Positions 37,921 through 49,526 of a stretch of DNA of 64,000 nt are shown here, in pieces (within the stretch, counting starts at the first letter, position 1; each line of letters opens with the position of its first letter). The stretch lies in NCBI RefSeq assembly GCF_030144855.1, contig NC_082731.1, positions 25,296,001 to 25,360,000 on the forward strand, in the 5' to 3' direction. A program made the position numbers and the translations under genes. A model generated the notes under the pieces. The model saw nothing but the letters and a program-made list of their open reading frames with translations, was not told the DNA's origin and did no database searches. The DNA is from Hypanus sabinus (taxonomy: Eukaryota).

Positions 37921-39394
37921 CTAAGCTTGAATAAAGTCAAAGCCTATTTAAGAGAGACAATAGAATAGAAGAACGAGAAGATGAGACCGCAAGATCCGGC
38001 ATTCAACTTCGCGACTTAGAATATCATTGATATCTGTATACGTGCATAAAGAACCACTTATAGTTTTCTTTTTCTGTCTGCTTGTCTATCAGTTTCTCTC
38101 GCACGCAATCTCACTGTCCTCACCCCATTTACTCACTCACGCTCTGTCTCTTTCAACGTCTATCTGTATCTAACTTCATTTCTAACTATCTACATTATTC
38201 TCTATCTGCATTTGGATCTGAGTCATTTTGTGCTTTCATTTTTCCCCTCTGGTTCCCGATGGCTGTGTCCAGCTGTGAAATGGAGTTTACGAAACAAAAC
38301 AATTATGATCGGTATTAGCTCTTTATATTAATAAGATTAGGTTACATCATGGAGACTGGAAAAACATTAATACATGTAGACAATATAAACTCATCCAAAT
38401 ATGGTACGTCTTGGATTTTAGTTAATGTAGACACCGTTGACCATAGAATCAGATGGAGCACGCAATCATCCAGTCATTCATCAGAAAGAAAAAAAATCTA
38501 ACTGTTCTAGCTGGGATCCATAAATTTCCCGTAACTGGTAACTTCTCGAAACTAAGTGCCCCCACAAGTCCGGATCCAACATATATTTTGTTAGACATTA
38601 AAAAATTATTACATTGTCATTTAACCATTGATATTTATCAGATAGCAGTTTAATGTGGATAGAACAGGTTAATGTCTATAGAAGGTATAAATGCATGAAT
38701 GATTTCTTTTTTCAAACGCTTTTCTGCACAAAGCAGTTTCATCGATGTGATCCGTATGCTAATTAATAATCTATGCTGTTAAGTAAATCTAAAACGTCAT
38801 ACAATTGCATATGAAATATTTACAGATTTGAAGAACTTTCCAATGCATCGCCATTGTCAAATATGTGGAGAAGTGCTAATAATTAAATAATTATTTTGAT
38901 CTGACGCAATGCGTCTCATGTATTTATTTTTCCCTGTCTGGTAGAAATAAGTTATACCTATTGCCGAAAAACTGTTACACATTTATTTTCCTACGGATAA
39001 ATATTTCAGCATTGTCTCCCATTCAACACGAACTATTTGGCCTATTGACATTTCAAGTATCAACGTGATCAAATGCTTTTAATTCTAGAATAGCTCTTTA
39101 TAACCATAACGGAGATAATACTTGCGATAGCCGAAAAATGCATGGTAATCGTTAACTGTAGTAAAGCTGTTACTTTTTTTCCGTAATGGGTCTCAAATTT
39201 TAAGGCTTACACAAACTGTTGGCGATGAGGGCATTGTTCATCTAAGTCCCTTTCTCAATCTATATATTCAGCCAAAACCTCGCCTTTTGTTGGGGTGCTG
39301 AAATGCCTTTCATGGCTCCATCGTTCAAAGTTTCCGCTGTCAAATTGTCTTATGGAGTGGTGTTGAACCTTCCCGGATGGATATCACAGTAGAG

Positions 39395-39815
39395 TTAAGT
39401 CACTGACTTCAACCAACCTTCTTATAACTTACTTATCTCGTGAGAGACTGCGCTGTACATTTTACTCACTGTCATTCTTCTGTTACTCACAGTCGTTCTT
39501 CTGTTACATTCAGTCTCTCTACAATTTTATCGGCTAAATTCCAAAGACAGCAGTCATTGTGTTAAGATTGACCTTCAGGATTCCTTTCTTAATATTAAAC
39601 TTGCAGGTGTCCATTCCGATAACGTGTTGACTTAGCCACTGGTTGGGACAGCAAGACCCGTATGATCACTGAGGCCGACCTTAGTACCAGCATAGTACTT
39701 GTTCCCTCAAGTACATCGACAGGGACTGGAGCGGTAGTTTTCATACTACAGTCTTTCAAGCATGGGCTTCGCCCCAAGGATCCAGAGTTGATTTACCCCA
39801 ACCAAAGACACAGCT
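39395..39815 (+). pseudogene. Immunoglobulin heavy-chain-type V pseudogene (leader remnant to 39439, V exon from 39607)
   Basis: Leader end LLITYLS|GTGAGA; V exon RVHSDNVLT*PLVGTARPV*SLRPT..QVHRQGLER*FSYYSLSSMGFAPRIQS*FTPTKDT resembles shark VH (QGLEWLVSYYS..APAIQGRFT.SKD); stops, Cys/CDR1 deletion, 3' truncation. Confidence 0.8.
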
Positions 39816-40002
39816 GACACACAATTTGACACAGCTGTTCCTAATTGTGGAGCAAGTCATTTTCTTTTGTTTATTATGAATGGTACATCTAAAGAGTTAA
39901 GCCGTGCTCTGTTTAATTTCGATGCTTTTTTTGAATTATTCGGTTATTTAAAAACAGATTGAAAATCGATTTTCAGCGAATCGTTAATTTAAGCAGTGTC
40001 CG

Positions 40003-40084
40003 CATTTTTGATTCAGCCTGCTTCATTATGCCTGTAAAGTGGAGTCACTGTTTTGTAAACAAAAGGTTTTTCGTTCCAAAGCCT
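40003..40084 (+). pseudogene. Decayed DH1 (12-RSS / 23-RSS)
   Basis: CATTTTTGA-12-CATTATG / CCTGTAAAGTGGAGT / CACTGTT-23-CCAAAGCCT. Confidence 0.5.
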
Positions 40085-40282
40085 CAGCAACTACCTTACT
40101 GTTTCTCGAGGTTAACAGCTTATCCGCACAGGCTGCCGAATGTAGATTTATATAAAATATAAGCGAATATATACCGGACATGTCTGGCTTCAAGAATACA
40201 CACCGTAGTGTCATTCCTGGCAAGAAAAAAAAAACACGATTACATGAGAGGGAAAGGAAAGCATTTTGCTGATATTCTGCAG

Positions 40283-40350
40283 AGTATTTGTTGGGACATG
40301 CCTCACACTGGTAATTGGATAAAATAGTGGTTACCGCCTATAGAACAGGC
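40283..40350 (+). pseudogene. Decayed DH2 (12-RSS / 12-RSS)
   Basis: AGTATTTGT-12-CACACTG / GTAATTGGATAA / AATAGTG-12-AGAACAGGC. Confidence 0.5.
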
Positions 40351-40640
40351 TTCCGATCGTTAATTCTGTGGTTTTGTGTTATCATTCGATCATTATTACT
40401 GTTGTTAAGCGCCATTTGTGCACATCACTTTCATGAATGTGAAAGAACGAGACCTGGTGATTCTTCATATATCACTAAGTCTATTGATATTTCGCAGGTA
40501 TGCCTGAAAGACATCATTATGCTACCTGATATCGGTTAAAATGCTTTCTTTATCGCGCTTATCAATAATGGTGTCAAATTTGTTTTGAAGAAAATAATAC
40601 ATACATATTTTATCATTTTTGCACGTTATTTAGATTAGCT

Positions 40641-40727
40641 AATAATTGTGCGATACAGCCCAAGGGATGTTGTACTGTTACGATATTGAGTACTGGGAAA
40701 GAGACATCATTGTGACGGTAACAGATG
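40641..40727 (+). pseudogene. JH-like pseudogene (YDIEYWERDIIVTVTD) with degenerate 23-RSS and GTAAGT donor
   Basis: AATAATTGT-23-TACTGTT; YW..D..VTVT motif; phase-1 donor at 40728. Confidence 0.75.
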
Positions 40728-41896
40728 GTAAGTAACAGATACGTTTCATTTCAATATCCATTACAATTGTAATTTAATTCCACATTTCGGTGATGCTCTC
40801 AATTACTCTTTCCTCTACTCATATTGGGCCTTCAATTGAATTCTGCATTAATTTTGTTTTAATAATTGTGCTGTGATGCAGTCACAGAGATTTATGACTT
40901 GAGTTTGTTTTAATTTTGACACTAAAATGGGGGTGAATTAGTACTTATTTGCACAAAGATCAATGCTTCTGCTCTTATTCAATACGTTGATGCTTTTACA
41001 TTGTTTGGAATTGCGGCATTGATAAACTAGACCAATATCTGCCCATCCTCAACAACGGCACATAGCATGTTTCCATCTGTTTCTCCGGTTTGTGGAGAAT
41101 TATTCAAAGCAAAAATTGGTACACTCTGAGACAAAGCAGCAGCAACGATTCCGAAATGTATGTTTACTTGTACCGTATAACCAACTATTCAAACAGTCTT
41201 CAATAAGGCCTGGTGGAGGAATAACGAAAGCTTGCAATCTTTTAAGCTTCACAAACTGAAAAGTTTATTAATCGGTATTGATTGATCTACAGTGTTGTAA
41301 TTTGAGCAATATCGGAGGAATACAACACAATTCCTTTTGCAGTCAAATTGATCCATGGAATAATAATCAATATTTCTACCGTTTTTCAGCGTTACTTCTT
41401 TCACCACCTTGGAGCAATAAAGCCGTTAGACAGTGCTGCAAAAGGATGGATCAAGTGGAATTGCGGAGGTCGCTTGCTTGTGGAGCAGAGCCTAAGATCA
41501 GAGGTGCAACCTTAAATTAAATGTTCGGATTATTAGAATTGAAATGTGGAGGAATTTTCTTTTCAGGGGCGGAAGGAAAAATCTGTGGAATTAATTGCTA
41601 TATAAATTTGAGATCACCGCCACGTTATGTGTATTTCTGGAAGAAATTTATAGTTTTATTTTTATGAGTATGCAATTTAGACATTATTGGGAGAATGCAT
41701 GAGAATGGGTTAAACAAAGCATGATCGGTTGTCTATGGAGAGACAATGGTCTACTACATTATCCCCCACTTGCTGGTAATGTGCAAATATTGATTAATTT
41801 AATGTACTTGTAATTATTGTTTTTTCATGTGAAGTAATCAATTTCTATCTGTCTAGTTTGTGTATTACTAACTTGTTAGGATCTCTTTGTTTTCAG

Positions 41897-42160
41897 GAAA
41901 ACAAAGAGTGGTCGTACATCGAATCACAAGTAATTCAAAACATCCTTGTTAGTGTAATAGGTTATCTTCTGCCTACTGAGGCATCACCATTTGCAGTCAA
42001 GAAATAAAGACGAAAGAGACTGTGATTTGAACTTGCTTCAAGAATATGGCAAGAACTGTTTGTGTGGAAGAAGATTTTAAACATGGAAAGTAATTGACAA
42101 TGCGATTATCCGTTCCAAAGAGAACTTGTGGCAAGAATCTTCATCTTAAACCTGTTGTCA
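41897..42160 (+). pseudogene. Possible decayed Ig constant (C1-set) exon
   Basis: TACTAAC (41866) + pyrimidine tract + CAG acceptor; frameshifted YLLP..QEIKTKETVI*TC, TWKV and W-x5-*-T-C motifs; too short and full of stops. Confidence 0.35.
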
Positions 42161-43129
42161 GTACACCATTATATCATGTTTGCTGAGCTTTCTTTCTTTG
42201 AAAGGACACCAACCGTTGCAAGTATATTTCAGACATATTGTTTTCTTTAACTTCTTGTCGTAAAAGGATGCTGGACTCCAGATTTTAAATTGAAACTGAA
42301 AATCAGCTTGAAGGAAACAAAAACACTCTTCAGCGAACTGATGTACCCATACGGTATATGTTTTAAGACACATTGAATGCAGAGGGTCACTGCACCTGCT
42401 TCATAATAGCTTATCAACAGAGCATAACACAACGGGCTGTTTAATTTAGATTGTTTCAAGAAGACAAACTGAATCTTTACATGTTTATTGGAAGGATGTT
42501 CGGCGAATACATGGATCACAACATTGAATTATCAATGACTGATATGTTTATAGTTTAAAAGTTGTATTGTCGTTAAGAAATTAGGTTTTAAGCATTATTA
42601 GTCGATAGCTAAGATAGATGTCTGGAAAAGATTTTTTTCAACTGTGTGTTTAAAAAGATACTTGAGTAAATATCACGTAATTGTGAATTTACTCAAGCAG
42701 CTGAAAAGGTATCAATATATGGAACAGTTCAGGCTTATTAGTAATGGGGCATCAAGAAACAGGGAAAACTAAAACATATCCAACCAGTTTTGTTGCTTGG
42801 AACGGACAACTTGTTTCTCTGCAACTTTGGTGTACTGAATATTTTAGTGAATAGAAAAGGTACCCGCGTTTTGGAAATGCATTTATTATTTTTTCTTTAT
42901 TTGATTTATAACTAATTCCTTAAGTAAAATTGCTTCATAGGTTTTGAAAATAATTTGTGTTCCAGAATGGCTATTATTTGGAAAGTATTGATATCGCTTC
43001 ACAATTCAAGATAATGATTCAATAATAAAATATACGATGGAAATCCTCTGAGAGTGTTTCATGTATTTTAAGAAGGATTTCTGTGTATTTAGGCGTGCTT
43101 CACTGAAAATACGTTAACCGGGTTTTACT

Positions 43130-44480
43130 CCAATTAAAAGCAAGAGAAGATCCGCAGTTGCTGGAAATCTAAGAAGCAAAGAAAAAAATGCTGGAGAAAC
43201 TTAGCAGTGCAGGCAACTTCTATGGAAAAGTGTACAGTCCAGGTTTTGGGCCGAAATACTTAGATATAATTGAGAAAAAGGAAAGATCAAGGATAGAGTT
43301 AAAAGGTGTGAGAGCAGGAGGGAAGAATACATGGTGATAAGCGAAACTGGGAAGGGGGGGTGTTAAAGTAAAGAGCTGGAAATGTGATTGCTGAAAGAGA
43401 TGCAGAGCTGGACAAAAGGGAGTCTGATGGGAGACGATAGAAGGCCATGAAATCAATAAAAGACTGGCAGGAGTACCATAGGTAGTGGTTGTACAAGCAA
43501 AAAAATAACGCTGGAGGGTAAGAGATGATGGTGAACAGTGAAAAATGTGGAAGATATTACGCGAAATTCAAGAGGTCTATGTTTAAGCCATCAGTCTGGA
43601 GGCTACCAGACGGAATATAAGGTGTTATTCCTGTAAATTGATTCTGCCCTCATTACGACAGTGGGGGAGGGCATGGATAGATATATCGGAATGCGAATGC
43701 GAAGTGGAATTAAAACGGTGGGCACAGTATTTTTGTCTTCTAGCAGGCAGAATGCAGATGTTTGGCGGAGTGGTTTCCAATTCTACGCTGGGTCTCACCG
43801 GTATAAAAGAGACCACACCGGAAGCACAGGAGGCAGTACATGAACACAGCAGACTCAAAGGTGAAATGTAGCCTCAAATGGAAGGACTGTTCAAGTCCTG
43901 AATGTTAGTAATAAAGGAGATATATGGGTAGGTATAGCACTTGTTCCGCTTGCAAGCATAAGCACCGGGAGGGAGATCCGAGGGAAGGGATGAATGGCAA
44001 TGGAATCTCAAAGGGAGCGATCCCTGCCGACAGCAGAATGTGGGAGGGATGGAAGAATGAGCTTGGTTGTTGAACCCACTGTAGGTTGAGGAGATTTATT
44101 AGCTGAACGCAACGTCCGTTGGAATGGTAGGCGATGACAAGAGGAACCCTATCCCTGGTAGAATGGCGGGAGGGTGGGGAGAGAGCAGAGATGCATAAAA
44201 TGGAAGAAATGCGGCTGAAGGCTATGCTAATGATGGTTGAAGGGAAACGACTGTCTTTGGAGAAAGAGGGCATCTATTTTGATCTGGAACACAAAGCCCT
44301 ATCCTGAGAGCAGATGAGCTGGATACGGAGGAACGGACAGGACGGGGTGGCGGTTTTACAACAGGGTAGGAGGAGCTATGGGTCCAGGTAGCTGTGACAG
44401 TCCGTGAGTTTGTTATAGTCATGAGCAGATACGTTTTCTCCAGCAACAGAAGCAGAAAGATTGAGAAAGTGGAGGGTGTG
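43130..44480 (-). mobile_element. Decayed Penelope-like element with tail (copy A)
   Basis: Minus-strand SKDSRFPSTII and GIY-YIG remnants homologous to 8500-9200. Confidence 0.7.
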
Positions 44481-47400
44481 TTGGACATGAATCAGTGTCC
44501 TGGGGCAAAAGAAACTTAAAGCGCTGAGACCTTCCTGATTGGGGCTTGATGATGTGGAGGTCTATTATAACTGAACGTCGAGTACATAATTCACCGCAAT
44601 GTCCGCCATCTGCAACGGGTCCCTGCCGTCAAGAAAATATTTTCAACAGAACCCCCCCCCCCTCACAACCACCACCTATGGAAAAAGCGGAATTTCTCAG
44701 TGGCTGTGCATTTTAAATGCACACCATTCCATTTCCAATATAGCAGACCATCGTCTCCTCTACTTCCGTGATGAAGGCACACTCAGTTTGGAGTATCAAC
44801 ACCATTTATTACGCTTGGGTAGCGTGGAAAATCGATTTCTCGAACCTCCTGTAATGGACACCACACACTTACCAGCTCCCCTTTTACAATCCCCATTCCT
44901 TTTTCCCGCTCACATTTTATCTCCTTATCTTCTTTTATCTCCATAATTTACCACTCGGCTATTCGGATTCACCTATCACCTTGTTTTTTTCCCCCCTCCG
45001 CCTTTCAACTCAACCCCTCATGTTTTGCTTTTCCATCTCCAGTCCTGGAGTCGGTACGAAACGTCATCTGTACACTTTTCCATGGATGTTGCCTCGCCTG
45101 CTGAGTTCCTCCCGGACTCTGAATGCGTGTTCAAAACTTCCGGTGCTAGCTGGTAGTATCTTCCCCTTGGGATGGGGAGTAGATCTAATGTTCGAATCGT
45201 TGGTATTGACAGCTGTACCAGTCGGGAAGAATAAATATGTAAGTAAAGTAGTTTTTTAAAGATTGAGTATCGACAGTATATTTTCTCTTTAGTGACAGTA
45301 CTTTTGACTATTTATATCTTACAAGGCTTAAGGTCCTTACTGAGTTCAGAGCTTCTGTCTCAGCAAAGCCAATAGCAGCAAAATTTACGGATGGACGAGA
45401 CAAGCACAATTCAATCTATTCGTAGGCATGACTAATACTTGAGAGATAATTTCGAAATATCGACCACGACTCTTGAACTGTAGCATAGACATCGAAAAGG
45501 AAACCTACAGACCTACATTGGGAAATATGTAATCAGAGAAATGCTAAATTCGATGAAAATATACAGGAACTTGGAAAGATAATATGGGAGAGCAACTGAA
45601 CGAAAATACATGGAAGATACTTGAGGTTTATTATAGGCACATTCCTATGGATCAGCTTAGATTTGGATCACTGAGACGTGAAAAAGGGATAGTAAGTGGA
45701 AGAAATCGTGGATGCTATTACAGTTTGAGTATTTAATCATTTAGAGATTGTTCACCTTCAGGCTCATATTCATTGACTAGATGGTTGAATGATTTTCCAA
45801 GATTATTTTTCTCAATAATTGTAAAGACAAAGATCAATAAAGAAAGCAAACAGGCCCTTCGGTTTAGCTCCTGAGTACTGAGCAAGCATAGATATAAACT
45901 AATTCCACTTATCCACACTCGTTCCGTATACCAGTATCAGATTTCAAATGGTGTATAAGTGTCGTTTACCCACCGGCCAAGCAGAGGAATAATAATACGA
46001 CTTTCCGAGCCGTGACCTTCCAATAGAGATCTGTTGTCGGTAATGGTGATGAAGGAATTTGACGCAATAGATCAGCTGATTAGTGCTCTTCGTGGCCGCT
46101 GTCCGAACTGCTGAGTTCCACCAAAAAATTGTGTTCATCGCTCTGGGTTTCCAGCATCTTTAACATTTTCTGTTTTTTTTTTTTTATTGTAGATGCATCT
46201 ACCGTCACCCATGAATTTAGAGAATACTATCCGAGTGAAGTGATTTCCCCCGGATTTATTTTAAATATCTTCCCTCTTTGATGTTAAATCCACGCCCTCT
46301 TTTATTCCCGTGCGTATTCTTTCAGGTTTTCTAAAGGGCGGATAGTTGTGCTGACAGGAAAGGTTTCAATTATTCTCTCTCCATTTTAGCTACCATATAG
46401 TGAAATGCTTCGGACAAAAAAGAAAAACTCTCCTCCACTTTTCGATAAGTCGCGGCAAATTATTACAGAGAACTGATAAGCAGCAGCCGTATCCGTCTAT
46501 AATCTCCTCGAAAGTTTTGTTTGGGGCGAAAGTTTTCTGTAGAACATGATTCGTTGTTGCTTTGTTTTAACTGTTCATTATTAGTAGCACCAACAGAATT
46601 ACCGTCTGATTCATCTGCCACTTCTGTCAAGACCGCAATATCACAAAGGTTCATTTGAATGCAATCCATCGATTTGGAATCAGCCCGGAATTTTCCTACA
46701 GCAAACACAATGTCAAAGATAAAAGAGCCACAGTCCTCATCTTGCAACACATCGACAACCGTTGTGCGAGACAATCACTCGGTGATTTCAGCATTCCAAG
46801 TATCTTATCAAATAATTTATTTGAATCCAATTAAGTATTTATGATATTAGGTGGCATTTACAAAGAATTAAATGTGACATCATTTCCAGCAGATGAAATT
46901 ATAGAAGGTTCGAAAATACGCTATTCATTCAGAATTATAAACTTCGAACTAAGGACGAATTTACCGGGGCAAAGTCTTCAGTTCAATCATGCCGCCAGCA
47001 TTCAGTTGTCAGCACAGTCATTTCAATATTGATCACTTAACAAATTCCATGAATGATTGACGCGATTGTTTCCAGGACTCCTGTTGTTGGACAGAACAAG
47101 TCAGCGATTTAAAATTGCGCATCAAATATAAAATAAATATCAATGCTGTTATCACACCAGCTCTTCCATTAAAATGTGCTTGTCTTTCATTATCTCGTGT
47201 GACCAATTATTAACTACTAACATTTGCTGTTCTTCTGCTCAGGATGGGAATATTATTCCGTGTGATATGGGGCAAAATTGCTCTTCTGACATGTACAATT
47301 TTTTTCTGTCAATCCTTGTACTGACTCACTTTCACACAATCGTGCTGACCCCATGCAGCATGAGAGAAAGAGAGGAATGGCGGGGCCCTTCTTCGGAAGA

Positions 47401-47862
47401 AATCTTATCGTGGTTCCCAGTCACTTAAGTAGAATAAAAAATATGATTCCCTTCCAATCTACTTCCATTATAAAAACAATAGTATAAACTAATGCACCCA
47501 ATGCACCCCCTCCTCGAAATGGAGCCAATGTGAGTGTAACCATTGAATGGCTCCCAGCCTCCTCTGGCTGCCTTGCTCCGCAAACTACCATTACCTTAAT
47601 TTCCTCTAGGAGGGGCTTAATTATTGAGTCGGATGAGCCAAGAATAAGACACAATGCGCTCATTCAAATAGGTCGCATTTTGCAACCAGAACAATGCTAA
47701 TGCTGAGGGTCCATGACAAATGTTAAGGACATCCGTAACATCGTTGCAGAGGACATTAATCACGCTGCTGAAGTCGCATCACGCACATTTAAGAAACGGA
47801 CTATCAAAACATACCGGCCTCCAGGTTTCCGTAACTCAATTCATCTGACCCCTGCTAGAACG

Positions 47863-47905
47863 ATGGACATCTTCCTCATTCTTATCCTTTCTACATGTTG
47901 GCTCG
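47863..47905 (+). CDS. Leader exon of TCR V, copy A (MDIFLILILSTCWL)
   Basis: ATG + hydrophobic 14 codons + phase-1 GTGAGT; in frame with the 49178 acceptor (..CWLAQISTLSVTQ). Confidence 0.8.
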
Positions 47906-49177
47906 GTGAGTATCTTAGCACATTCGCAGGAGAAATTAAATAAAGACCATCCAGTTTATTTTGGTGCATATATCTGTGAATTCTCAATTGTTTTTTTCAT
48001 CTCGGATTAATACAATATTGCTGATATTAAACGAGTTATATGGTTTGAACTCAGCAGCGAGACCAGAAGTCTTGAGCCTTGTTTTTGAAGGTATTTTTCC
48101 CTGTTGGGAGTTCTACGCACCTGTACGCTATTTAGCACTCCAGTGGTTAAGATGCTGTATGCTGTCTATCGAAGTTGCTCCACAAGCCAAGGCGGCACGA
48201 TATGGGGACAACCCTGATTCCCATGTGCGTTTCTCCGTCTCTGCACTGGAATGATGAATCGAAAAGAACCGCAGGGGCCAATAGGGTTTTGCGTCGCAGG
48301 TGCTGGCAGTCAGCACTTAGCTCAATTTAATGTCTTTGAGACTCGAGTTGCCAGTTGTGCCTCCGATTTTACTGGGCAAGCCTTCCCGTGAGTAGTCTAG
48401 CCGATCGACAACAGAGATGTAAAAATGGTGTTTCTCTGTTTTTTTTTGAATGAGCTACGAATCACGGCTGACGAGCCACCCTTCCCTTTCAGGATTGTGC
48501 TGCTAACATCGGCTGAATCCGCAGAAATGTGCCTAGCACCTAAATTCACCTTTTTAGTTAAGGTGGCACGGCAATGGAATGATTCGTACAACACTTTATA
48601 GTCCAAGTAACATGGGCTCAATTCCCAACGCTGACGTACGGAGTTTGTCCGTTTCCACGTGACAGGGTCGTGTTGTCGTGACATCTTCTTCTAGAGGTCC
48701 CCGTTTCCTCCCACGTACTGTTTAGAAGTTTAACTTGCCTTTGAGTTTATTTTTTCCTGTGATTTGGCTGGAATAAATTTGCGGATTGCTGGGCAGCGTG
48801 CCCCGAAGTGCCAGAAGGGCCTATTCTCAGTTGTATTTCAGTAAACTAGAAATAAATAAAAGTACAGCTGCAATACACTGGCTTCCACCACGATTCATCA
48901 CCAAGCAGGTGTTATGGAGTGCTCGCTCCCTCGGTTTTTTCATAGCAGCGTCTGATCACAAACGGCATTTCTAGATACCCTGCAAGAATAAATCGATCTG
49001 CAGTTATTATTGTAAGCTGTTGCGTTTTCCACACAATTCGACGTGTAGTTCACTCTGTTCGTCAAACGGTTAGTTATATAAGGTGTTATTGTGAAAAGTT
49101 TGAAAATTGAATAGTTATTCGCTGGCAGCGTCTAATGACCGTTAAGCTTTTCTCTTTACCTTGACCTATTTTCACAG

Positions 49178-49487
49178 CCCAGATTTCCACCCTTTCTGTC
49201 ACTCAAAACCAGACTTTAGAAAGAAAAGGATCTGGTGAAATGGTGACTGTAAACTGTGCCTACAGTACTACAAGACTCGACTATTACGTGCATTGGTACA
49301 GACAATCAGCACAGAGTAAACTGCAGTTTATTGTGTGGAAACGTTCCTGGAACTCAGAGGAAATGAAAGGACAGTTGTTACAAAAACGATTCTCTGCAGA
49401 TTTCCACAAGGAGACTTCTGTCTCCAGCTTAACTATCTGGGGTCTCCGTATTGAAGACACTGCTGTGTATTATTGCGCCCTGAGCCT
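49178..49487 (+). CDS. Intact TCR alpha/delta V exon, copy A
   Basis: LSVTQ..VNCAYSTTRLDYYVHWYRQ..RFSADF..LTIWGLRIEDTAVYYCALSL; acceptor TTTTCACAG. Confidence 0.93.
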
Positions 49488-49526
49488 CACGGTGAATGAA
49501 ACTACTTGCCTCCTAGTTCAAAAACT
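49488..49526 (+). other. 23-RSS
   Basis: CACGGTG + 23 nt + TCAAAAACT. Confidence 0.9.

Noticed and set aside
37459-37968. 169 aa and overlapping ORFs (also 51841-52294)
   Set aside because: They lie inside a solo LTR with low-complexity CCAAGT repeats and show no protein motifs.
46463-46774. 103 aa minus-strand ORF kept in both duplicate copies
   Set aside because: Conservation is explained by the recent duplication; no recognisable domain.
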